The position numbers and the translations under genes were made by a program. 64,000 nt of DNA from an uncultured Clostridia bacterium. Its GTDB lineage: Bacteria > Bacillota > Clostridia > Christensenellales > UBA1242. Position 1 is the first letter of the stretch; every line of letters begins with the position of its first letter. Below are positions 55,539 to 64,000 of this stretch, piece by piece. The notes beneath the pieces were generated by a model, which worked only from the letters and a program-made list of their open reading frames with translations, did no database searches and was not told where the DNA came from. The stretch covers positions 3,556-67,555 of the forward strand of contig CALWGY010000002.1 in NCBI GenBank assembly GCA_944380265.1, read 5' to 3'.

Positions 55539-57827
55539 ATGACACTTAAAGGTATTGTTGAAGAAATAATTTTTAGAAACACAGACAACGGTTACACTGT
55601 TGCTGTAATAGATTGCAATGGCGAAAATATTACTGCTGTTGGAAAGTTTCCACAAATTTCACAAGGAGAATGTGTGGAACTTGATGGCAGTTTTATTAAG
55701 CATAACAGATATGGCGAACAGTTTAATGTTAAAACTGCAAAAATTGCAAAACCAAACACAAAAGAAGGAATAATTAAGTATTTAAGCAGTGGATTAATTA
55801 AGGGCATTGGCCCAGTTACTGCTTTGTCAATTGTTAACAAATTTGGTGAAGCAACATTAGATGTTATTGAGTTTAATCCGCAAAGACTAACGGAAGTTAG
55901 GGGTATATCAGAAAGAAAAGCAAACGAAATTTATGAAACATTTAATGAAATTAGAAAAATGCAAAATGCCGTTATGCTTATGCAGGAATATAACATTTCC
56001 ACAAATTTGGCAGTTAAAATTTACAACACCTATTTTGATAAAACCGAAACAATATTAAAAGAAAACCCATACAAACTTTGTGAAGATGTTGATGGCATTG
56101 GTTTTCAAACTGCCGACAAAATTGCAAACAAAATGGGAATTAGCCCTTTAAGCGAATTTAGGTTTAGGGCTGGGGTTTTGCACGTTTTAAAAACTGCATG
56201 CGACAAAACTGGAAACACATATGTTTTAAAAACTAATTTGGAAAGTGATGTGTGTGAACTTTTAAAAATTAGTGTTGACGATATTAATTCAAACAATGTG
56301 CTAAACAACTTGGTTATGGATAGTTTAATTAAAATTTTTGAACTAGATGGGCAAGAAGTTGTTGTTTTAACAAAATACTATAACACCGAAAAAATTGTGG
56401 GTTACACACTAAATTTGTTTAACACCGTGCACAGAAACAAAAATTTAGATGTAACCGATTCCATTAATTTGTTTGAACAAGTTAACCACATAACAATGCA
56501 CAAAAACCAACGCGACGCTGTAACACTTGCCATAAACGAAGGTGTTAGTGTTATAACTGGTGGGCCAGGAACTGGCAAAACAACAATTGTTAAGTGCATG
56601 CTTCAAATTTTTAAAAGCATGGGAAAAATTGTTAAACTTATGGCTCCAACAGGTAGGGCTGCAAAACGACTTAGCGAAAGCACTGGCGAAGATGCAAGCA
56701 CAATTCACAGAGCACTTGTTGTTGATTTTTTGGGAAGTGACACTTTTGTTTACAACCAAAACAACAAACTTCCATTCGATGTTGTAATTGTTGATGAAGT
56801 TAGCATGGTTGATGTGCAACTTATGTACTATTTGGTTAGAGCATTAAAACGCGGAACACAACTTGTGCTGGTTGGTGATAAGGACCAACTTCCATCAGTT
56901 GGGGCAGGCAATGTTTTGGCAGATATTATTGCAAGTGGTGTTATTTCTGTTTGTGAATTAACCTATGTTTACAGGCAAGATAAAGATAGTTTAATAATTT
57001 CAAATGCACACTTAATTAACGATTGCAAAATGCCAGTTATAAACAACAAAAGCACCGACTTTTTCTTTGAAGAAAAATCTGAACCAGAAGCCATGCTTAA
57101 AAGTGTGGTTGACCTAACCTATTTACGATTGCCAAAATTTTTAAATGTGGATTCAGCAAAAATTCAGGTGTTAGCACCAATGAAGTCGGGTCTTTGTGGT
57201 GTTGATAACCTTAACAAACAACTTCAAGAAAAAATTAATCCACCAAGCCTTAAAAAACCAGAACTTGAAACTGAACACGCAATTTATCGTTTGGGCGATA
57301 GGGTTATGCAAATAACAAACAACTATGAGCGTGAATGGATTAAGGATAATCGTGAGCAAGGTGCAGGTGTGTTTAATGGTGACATTGGTGTTATTAACCA
57401 TGTTGAGCCAAACACTTTTGAAACCACTGTTTTGTTTGAAGATGGCAGATATGTTAAATACAACAAAAAGGATTTGGGGGAACTTGTGCTTAGTTATGCA
57501 ATAACAATTCATAAAAGCCAAGGAAGCGAATTTGATGTTGTAATTATACCTGTTGTGGCAGGAGCACCCATGCTTTTGACAAAAAACCTACTTTACACAG
57601 CAGTAACACGGGCAAAACGTATGGTTGTGTTGGTGGGTAGCAAACAAAACATTTTTAGAATGGTTAAAAACAAATCAACCATAACCCGCAACACATTACT
57701 TAAAAACTTTTTAATTGAAAGTGCCGATGAAGAAAGTTTAAAACAAAACAATAAACTTTTTGATGAGGTTAACAAAAGTTCTAATAGCCCAGAAAACTAT
57801 GTTGAGGTGGATAAAATTGGAGAGTAA
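55539..57827 (+). CDS. recD2: RecD2-type ATP-dependent DNA helicase
   Basis: N-terminal OB/HhH region. Walker A GGPGTGKTT, VIVDEVSMVD, VGDKDQLPSVGAGN, TIHKSQGSEF. Confidence 0.9.
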   Translation: MTLKGIVEEIIFRNTDNGYTVAVIDCNGENITAVGKFPQISQGECVELDGSFIKHNRYGEQFNVKTAKIAKPNTKEGIIKYLSSGLIKGIGPVTALSIVNKFGEATLDVIEFNPQRLTEVRGISERKANEIYETFNEIRKMQNAVMLMQEYNISTNLAVKIYNTYFDKTETILKENPYKLCEDVDGIGFQTADKIANKMGISPLSEFRFRAGVLHVLKTACDKTGNTYVLKTNLESDVCELLKISVDDINSNNVLNNLVMDSLIKIFELDGQEVVVLTKYYNTEKIVGYTLNLFNTVHRNKNLDVTDSINLFEQVNHITMHKNQRDAVTLAINEGVSVITGGPGTGKTTIVKCMLQIFKSMGKIVKLMAPTGRAAKRLSESTGEDASTIHRALVVDFLGSDTFVYNQNNKLPFDVVIVDEVSMVDVQLMYYLVRALKRGTQLVLVGDKDQLPSVGAGNVLADIIASGVISVCELTYVYRQDKDSLIISNAHLINDCKMPVINNKSTDFFFEEKSEPEAMLKSVVDLTYLRLPKFLNVDSAKIQVLAPMKSGLCGVDNLNKQLQEKINPPSLKKPELETEHAIYRLGDRVMQITNNYEREWIKDNREQGAGVFNGDIGVINHVEPNTFETTVLFEDGRYVKYNKKDLGELVLSYAITIHKSQGSEFDVVIIPVVAGAPMLLTKNLLYTAVTRAKRMVVLVGSKQNIFRMVKNKSTITRNTLLKNFLIESADEESLKQNNKLFDEVNKSSNSPENYVEVDKIGE

Positions 57828-58536
57828 GTTAACAAGTGTGTTTTATCCAAGCGGATACAAATGTTTAATTTGTGGCTGTGAAATTGATGGTGGCAATTTT
57901 GAGTTTTGCAACAAGTGTTTTAAAACTTTGCCACAAATTGTTGGCAAAACTTGTGTTAAGTGTGGTGAGCCAATTTGTTCCGATTCAGAACTATGTTTGT
58001 TTTGTAAAAAGGAAATGCCAAGTTTTACAAAGTGTTTTGCACCATTCACATTTTCACCACCAATAACAAATTTAATTTACAGGCTAAAATATAATGGCGA
58101 AAAGTTTGTTGCAAAAACACTTAGCAATTTGCTACTTAAATTTTTTATGGAACAAAATGTTGATGTTGACATTGTTATTCCTGTGCCACTTCATTTAAAG
58201 CGGGAAGCGGAACGAAAATTTAATCAGTCGGAATTGCTTGCACAAAGTTTTAAGGAACATGGTTTTAATGTTGATGTTACTTGTGTGGTTAGAACCAAAA
58301 ACACAACCACTCAAACAGCACTTTCCAAACAACTTAGAAAGCAAAACATGGAAGAAGCTTTTAAGGTGTTAGTAAAAAGCAAAGTTAAAAACAAAAATGT
58401 TTTGTTAATTGATGATGTTTACACAACTGGTGCAACTTTCAATTCTTTAAGTAACACGCTTAAAAAGTGTGGGGCAAAAAATGTTTATGGTTTAAGTTTG
58501 GCACACACCAAAATGGAAGATATTGTAAAAAGTTAA
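57817..58536 (+). CDS. comFC: ComF family protein (ComFC-like phosphoribosyltransferase fold)
   Basis: N-terminal CxxC x4 zinc-finger pattern and the PRT motif VLLIDDVYTTGAT. ORF track start is 57760. TTG 57817 is preferred because of the gaggtgg SD upstream. Confidence 0.8.
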   Translation: MESKLTSVFYPSGYKCLICGCEIDGGNFEFCNKCFKTLPQIVGKTCVKCGEPICSDSELCLFCKKEMPSFTKCFAPFTFSPPITNLIYRLKYNGEKFVAKTLSNLLLKFFMEQNVDVDIVIPVPLHLKREAERKFNQSELLAQSFKEHGFNVDVTCVVRTKNTTTQTALSKQLRKQNMEEAFKVLVKSKVKNKNVLLIDDVYTTGATFNSLSNTLKKCGAKNVYGLSLAHTKMEDIVKS

Positions 58537-58759
58537 GGTAACCACCTTGGCTTTTTTGTTGCAAAGTTTTATTAAATTCGGCAAAACAATTTTAATTTTG
58601 CAATTTAATTTATTGTTAAATTTAACATTTTAGTGTAAAATGATTAAGGCAAATATTTATTAATATAACTTTGTTTATTTATATATTTAGCACGCGTGAA
58701 TTTAAAACAATAAAAAAACCACGTTAAAATTACGTAATAAACAAAAATTAGGAGATTAA

Positions 58760-61432
58760 ATGTTTAAATTATTTAAAAGCGAAAACGATAGAAACATAAA
58801 AAAACTAGAAAAAATTGCAAACGTTATTGAAGGTAAAGCTGACTATTACAAAAGCTTAACAGATGAAGAGTTAAAAGCAACAACTCCAAAACTAAAACAA
58901 CGTTTAAAAGATGGCGAAAAACTTATGGACATTTTGCCAGATGCCTATGCTCTTGTTAGGGAAGCAAGTGAAAGGGTGCTTGGCATGCGCCATTTCCATG
59001 TTCAACTTTTGGGTGGTATTGCACTTTTCCAAGGCAGAATTGCCGAAATGAGAACTGGTGAAGGTAAAACTTTGGTGGAAACACTGCCTGCATATTTAAT
59101 TGCGTTAGAGGGAAAGGGTGTTCACATTGTAACCGTTAACGAATACTTGTCAAAACGTGATGCCGAGTGGATGGGAAAACTGTTCACATTTTTGGGTTTA
59201 ACTGTTGGTGTTTCAGCTGCAAACATGAGCCCAAATGATAAGCGTGAAGCGTATAATTGCGACATAACATATTCCACAAACAACGAACTTGGTTTCGACT
59301 ATTTGCGTGATAACATGGTAACCAGAATTGAAGATAGGGTTTGCCGTGGATATCATTTTGCAATTGTGGATGAGGTTGATAGCATTTTAATTGATGAAGC
59401 AAGAACCCCACTTATAATTTCCGGCATGGGCTTTAAAAGTTCGGAAACATACAAAACCGCTGCCAGATTTGCAAAAAGTTTGAAAGAAAACGAATATGAA
59501 ATTGATGAAAAAGAAAAAGCAATAAGGCTAACGGAAGAAGGCGTTGCAAAGGCAGAAAGATTTTTTAAAGTTGAAAATTTAAGTGACATTAACAACATTG
59601 AACTAAACCATCACATCAACAATGCGTTGCGTGCTGAGTACATTATGAAACGTGACAACAACTACATTGTTAAAGATGATGAAATCATAATTGTTGATGA
59701 ATTCACTGGAAGACTTATGGAAGGCAGAAAATATTCCAATGGTTTGCATCAAGCAATTGAGGCAAAAGAAGGTGTGCCAATTAAAGATGAAAACAAAACT
59801 TTGGCAACAATAACCTTCCAAAACTTTTTTAGGATTTATCACAAAATTAGTGGTATGACAGGTACTGCAAAAACCGAAGAAATTGAGTTTAACAAAATTT
59901 ATGGGCTAGACGTTGTAACAATTCCAACAAACAAACCAATTAAGCGTGTTGACTACCCAGACATAATTTATCCAACCGAACAAGCAAAGTTTAGAAACAT
60001 TGTGGAAGAAATTAAGGCAGTGCATGCAGAAGGCAGACCAATTTTGATTGGAACAATAACCATTGAAAAATCGGAACACTTGTCAAAACTTTTAAAACAA
60101 GAAAAAATTAGACACAATGTGTTAAACGCAAAAAATCACCAACAAGAAAGTGAAATTATTGCACAAGCAGGCAGAATGGGAGCGGTAACCATTGCAACCA
60201 ACATGGCAGGCCGTGGAACCGACATTTTGCTTGGTGGAAACCCAGAATTTTTGGCAAAACAAAAAATGCGTGAAATTGGGTTTAATGATGCTCAACTTGA
60301 ATTTTGCACATCATTTGTTGAAACCGACAACGCCGAACTTAATGCAATGAGAGAACGTTACAGAAAAGCATACAACGAATTTAAGGTTGTAACCGACAAC
60401 GAAAAACGCAAAGTTGTTGCACTTGGCGGTCTTCACATAATTGGCACCGAAAGGCACGAAAGCCGCAGAATTGACAACCAGTTGCGTGGTCGTGCAGGAC
60501 GTCAAGGCGACCCAGGTTCAAGTGTGTTTTATGTTAGCATGGAAGATGAGTTAATTCGCCGTTTTGGTGGCGACCAAATGAAGCGACTTGTTGAAATTTT
60601 TAAACTTGATGAAAACACTCCGTTCCAATTTAAAATGTTATCTCGCCGTATTGAAGCTGCACAAAAACGAATTGAAGGCTTTAACTTTTCTGCAAGAAGC
60701 AATGTGCTTAGATATGATGATGTATTAAACGCACAAAGACAAATTATTTATGACCAACGTAACCGAGTGCTTGAAGGCGTTAACCTTCATGATGAAATTA
60801 TTGACATGATTGAAGAACTAACAAAAGATTGCGTTTACGACAATGTTAGTGATGAAAAAAGTTTTGATGAATGGGATTTGGATGCCTTAAACGATGCACT
60901 AAATGTTAAGGTTTTTGGAACGGACTATAATTATGTTACAGAAGACCTTGTTGAAGGATTAGATGTTGACAACTTGGCTGAAATGGTTGCTGAACATGCT
61001 GTTGTAAAATATAACGACAAATGCAATCAACACAAAGCAGAAGGTTTTGATTTTGGCATTTTGGAACGTGCAATTTTGTTAAAAGTTGTTGACACTTTGT
61101 GGATGGACCACATTGACTACATGAACATGTTACGTAACGAAATTGGTCTTCGTGCATATGGTAACCACGACCCAGTTATTGCATATAAGCAAGAAGGTTT
61201 TGAACTGTTTGATAAAATGGTTGAACAAATAAGGCAAGAAGTTGCAACATTCCTATTACATGCAAAAGTAAGCATTGAGCCAGTTGTTCAAAACAAACCA
61301 ACTCAAATGTTCACAAATTCTGGCGAAGGCAAAGGCCAGCAAAAAAGCAACAAGCCATTAGTTGGCAGAAACGAACCTTGCCCATGTGGAAGTGGCAAAA
61401 AATATAAAAACTGTTGTGGAAGAAACGTTTAG
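58760..61432 (+). CDS. secA: preprotein translocase ATPase SecA
   Basis: 890 aa. MRTGEGKT, DEVDSILIDEARTPLIISG, C-terminal zinc motif CPCGSGKKYKNCCG. Confidence 0.97.
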   Translation: MFKLFKSENDRNIKKLEKIANVIEGKADYYKSLTDEELKATTPKLKQRLKDGEKLMDILPDAYALVREASERVLGMRHFHVQLLGGIALFQGRIAEMRTGEGKTLVETLPAYLIALEGKGVHIVTVNEYLSKRDAEWMGKLFTFLGLTVGVSAANMSPNDKREAYNCDITYSTNNELGFDYLRDNMVTRIEDRVCRGYHFAIVDEVDSILIDEARTPLIISGMGFKSSETYKTAARFAKSLKENEYEIDEKEKAIRLTEEGVAKAERFFKVENLSDINNIELNHHINNALRAEYIMKRDNNYIVKDDEIIIVDEFTGRLMEGRKYSNGLHQAIEAKEGVPIKDENKTLATITFQNFFRIYHKISGMTGTAKTEEIEFNKIYGLDVVTIPTNKPIKRVDYPDIIYPTEQAKFRNIVEEIKAVHAEGRPILIGTITIEKSEHLSKLLKQEKIRHNVLNAKNHQQESEIIAQAGRMGAVTIATNMAGRGTDILLGGNPEFLAKQKMREIGFNDAQLEFCTSFVETDNAELNAMRERYRKAYNEFKVVTDNEKRKVVALGGLHIIGTERHESRRIDNQLRGRAGRQGDPGSSVFYVSMEDELIRRFGGDQMKRLVEIFKLDENTPFQFKMLSRRIEAAQKRIEGFNFSARSNVLRYDDVLNAQRQIIYDQRNRVLEGVNLHDEIIDMIEELTKDCVYDNVSDEKSFDEWDLDALNDALNVKVFGTDYNYVTEDLVEGLDVDNLAEMVAEHAVVKYNDKCNQHKAEGFDFGILERAILLKVVDTLWMDHIDYMNMLRNEIGLRAYGNHDPVIAYKQEGFELFDKMVEQIRQEVATFLLHAKVSIEPVVQNKPTQMFTNSGEGKGQQKSNKPLVGRNEPCPCGSGKKYKNCCGRNV

Positions 61433-61444
61433 GAGAAAGTTTTT

Positions 61445-62110
61445 TTGATTGACGAATTAAGGTTTTTAGTTTTAGACTACTCAAAAAAAGATTTACCTTA
61501 CATTAATGAATTATGTGCATATTTAGAAAAAAATTGTGCTTCAATTGTGCAATTTTTTGATATTAAAAATTTTGGCGAAAAAGTTAATGTTAAGTTGTGG
61601 GATAGTTTAACAGATTTTAGAAAGTATTATGAAAAATTGTTTTCAAAACCAAACGCACCATATGTTGTTCCAAAATGGGTGTGTGGTTTTGCAAACAACA
61701 ACGATGTTCACACATTAACATTTTCTGAATTTGTTAAAACTAAGTCTAATGAAGACTCAACCTTTGATGACCTAAAAAAAACAGTTATGCACGAGTTTGT
61801 TCATGCTTGTCAAAAAAAGATTGACAAGTTTGGTGCATATGCTTGGATAACCGAAGGGTTGGCAGTAACCCTTTCGGGGCAGTATGAAAATGTTGATGTT
61901 AACAAATTAAAGTTTGATGCAACACTAAACGAAATGCAGTTTGGTTGCAGCAACTATACCAACTACTTTTTAATGTTTAACTATGTTTACAAAACATATG
62001 GTAAAAACCACATTTTTAAACTAATTAAAAACATTAATTTGCAAAAAACTAAAACAGAAAAATTATTTAATGAAACAAAAAATTACTATGCACAAGGCAA
62101 ATCAAAATAA
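61445..62110 (+). CDS. putative zinc metallopeptidase-like protein (HExxH)
   Basis: MHEFVHACQ ... ITEGLAV suggests an HExxH + E arrangement. TTG start. Confidence 0.4.
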   Translation: MIDELRFLVLDYSKKDLPYINELCAYLEKNCASIVQFFDIKNFGEKVNVKLWDSLTDFRKYYEKLFSKPNAPYVVPKWVCGFANNNDVHTLTFSEFVKTKSNEDSTFDDLKKTVMHEFVHACQKKIDKFGAYAWITEGLAVTLSGQYENVDVNKLKFDATLNEMQFGCSNYTNYFLMFNYVYKTYGKNHIFKLIKNINLQKTKTEKLFNETKNYYAQGKSK

Positions 62111-62154
62111 AACAATAACAAAAATTAATGTTAAAAATTTTAATTGGAGAAGCA

Positions 62155-63259
62155 ATGTTATTTGATTTTGAAAAGGAAAAAGAAATATTAAAAAAAATAA
62201 CTGACAGCCTAAATTTGTGCTGTCAGTGCCTTTGACTTAAAAAAGTTAAAAACCCGAATTGCAGAAATTGAAGCGGAACAAAACAAACCAGAAGTGTTTT
62301 CTAACATTAAATTAAGTTCAAGTTTAAACAAGGAACTAGCAAATTTAAAGTTTGAACTTGATGAAGTAACAAGGTTAAGTGATGATGTTCAGTTTTTAAA
62401 TTTTGCAATGGAAAATGTTGAAAGCACCGACCAAAAGGCAATAAGTTTTGTAAATGATAAACTAGCCGAACTTGAAAAAAACGTTGATGCTTTGTATGTT
62501 AGCACACTGCTAAGTGGCAAGTATGATAAAAACAATGCAATATTAAAAATTCACAGTGGTGCTGGTGGAACTGAAAGTTGTGATTGGGTGCAAATGCTTT
62601 ACAGAATGTATGTTATGTGGGCAAAAAACAACAATTACAAAGTTGAGTTAATAGACAGCCTTGATGGCGATGGTGCAGGACTAAAAAGTGTTACATTTTT
62701 GGTTGTAGGGTTTAATGCTTATGGCTATTTAAAAGGCGAAAATGGTGTGCACAGGCTGGTTAGAATTAGCCCATTTGATGCAAACAAACGCAGGCACACC
62801 AGTTTTGCAAGTGTTGAAGTTATGCCAGAAGTTGAAGATGACAACTCGGTGGAAATTAAAGATGATGAAATTAGGGTTGACACATTTAGAAGTTCTGGTG
62901 CTGGCGGACAGCATGTTAACAAAACTGATAGTGCCATAAGGATAACTCACATTCCAACAGGCATTGTTGTAACTTGTCAAAACGAACGTAGCCAAATTCA
63001 AAACCGCGAAACAGCAATGAAAATTTTGGTTAGCAAATTGGTTGCGTTAAAAGAAGAAGAAAACCGAAAAAATGCACAAAAATTAAAAGGTGAAAGCAAA
63101 AAAATTGAGTGGGGAAGCCAAATTAGAAGTTATGTGTTTTGCCCATACACAATGGTTAGTGACCACCGCACAGGCTTAAAACTTTCAAATGTTGAAGCGG
63201 TTATGAACGGCGAAATTCAACCACTTATTTTAGAATATTTAAAATGGGAGAAAAACTAA
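62155..63259 (+). CDS. prfB: peptide chain release factor 2, with a programmed +1 frameshift
   Basis: ORF0 runs from ATG 62155 for 26 codons and ends CTT TGA (62230..62235). Shifting +1 at 62233 continues LDLKKLKTRIAEIEAEQ... into ORF 62294..63259, which carries SPF (RISPFD) and GGQ (SGAGGQHVN). Confidence 0.9.
62230..62236 (+). promoter_or_regulatory. prfB autoregulatory +1 frameshift site CTT TGA C
   Basis: Exact canonical heptamer. No obvious internal SD-like GGGGG/AGGAGG in the preceding 15 nt. Confidence 0.85.
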
Positions 63260-64000
63260 TGTTTAATTGGTTCAAAAAGGGCGAAGAAAAAAAACTTAAT
63301 TTGCCACTAAAAAACAAAGTTGCAATTGTAACAGGTGGTGGCAGGGGTATTGGAAAAGCCACATGCTTAAAACTTGCTCACCTTGGGTGCTCGGTGGGTT
63401 TTGTGTATGCTAACAACGATAAAACTGCAACACAAACTTTAAACGAGTTAACCGAAATTGGCAAAAACACTGGTGCAAAGTTTGCATGCATTAAAGCCGA
63501 CATTGGAACAGAAGAAGGCATTAATGCCGTAACCGACTTTGTTAAAAACGAATTTAAGGAAATAAATTTTTTGGTTAACAATGCAGGAATTGTTGAAGAT
63601 AAAAATTTTGAAGAACGCACAATTTCCGATTTTGAAAGAACTTTCAGTGTTAATTTGTTTGCCATGTTTGCATTGTCAAAAAACTTATCAAAAATCATGG
63701 CAAAAGCGGGTTCTGCCATTGTTAATGTTTCATCAACTAACGGCATTAACACTTGTTTTCCAACATCAATAGATTACGATGCAAGCAAGGCAGGTGTTAT
63801 CAGTTTAACCAAAAACCTAAGCATTCAATTTGCCCCAAACATAAGGGTTAATGCAGTTGCTCCGGGTTGGGTTAACACCGACATGAACAAGGACCTACCA
63901 CAAGATTTGGTGGAAGAAGAAACTCAAAAAATTAGGCTTAACAGATTTGCTGAACCAAAAGAAATTGCAAATGTTATTTGCTTTTTGCTAAGTGATGAGG
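63259..64000 (+). CDS. short-chain dehydrogenase/reductase (FabG-like), truncated by the window end
   Basis: Hand translation from ATG 63259 (which overlaps the prfB stop as TAATG): ..VAIVTGGGRGIGKAT.. NNAGI .. YDASKAG. No stop before 64000. Confidence 0.8.
   Translation, partial: MFNWFKKGEEKKLNLPLKNKVAIVTGGGRGIGKATCLKLAHLGCSVGFVYANNDKTATQTLNELTEIGKNTGAKFACIKADIGTEEGINAVTDFVKNEFKEINFLVNNAGIVEDKNFEERTISDFERTFSVNLFAMFALSKNLSKIMAKAGSAIVNVSSTNGINTCFPTSIDYDASKAGVISLTKNLSIQFAPNIRVNAVAPGWVNTDMNKDLPQDLVEEETQKIRLNRFAEPKEIANVICFLLSDE

Noticed and set aside
1-64000. Whether this AT-rich, Mollicutes-like sequence uses genetic code 4 (TGA = Trp).
   Set aside because: Long ORFs are intact under the standard code, and prfB retains the UGA-dependent autoregulatory frameshift. 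That frameshift only makes sense if UGA is a stop read by RF2.

Overview
This is an AT-rich chromosome segment that uses the standard genetic code: TGA is a stop, and prfB carries the classical CTT TGA C +1 frameshift site. The gene content (tex, trmL, rdgB, folD, aspS, gpmI, tyrS with a T-box, recD2-comFC-secA-prfB, DegV, rubredoxin-flavin reductase) suggests a low-GC Firmicutes or Mollicutes-related anaerobe.

The main feature is a mobile element at 4352..23096, inserted in the 3' end of tRNA-Ser(UGA). It is bounded by a 25-bp direct repeat (attL and attR). It holds two head-to-tail genomes of a small prophage with a period of 8,562 bp. The copies appear identical over 8,033 bp (4367..12399 = 12929..20961).

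Each unit encodes a CRESS/circovirus-like HUH + SF3 Rep, a Zot/pI-like P-loop ATPase and several membrane-anchored ORFans. Each also has a circovirus-style origin: a 15-bp stem whose loop reads TAGTATTAC on the rep-sense strand, followed by four GTAACAT iterons and then rep.

The copies differ only in a roughly 0.5-kb Xre-HTH regulatory module. Only the right copy keeps a tyrosine integrase. The inter-copy junction fuses the left copy's HTH gene to att-proximal DNA across a GGGATT microhomology.

Left of the element are a translationally coupled NUDIX plus HKD-nuclease/SF2-helicase operon (a candidate defence locus) and a relic of a serine recombinase gene. The remaining ~41 kb is ordinary housekeeping DNA.

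All calls come from reading the sequence and the ORF track. No searches or folding computations were run.
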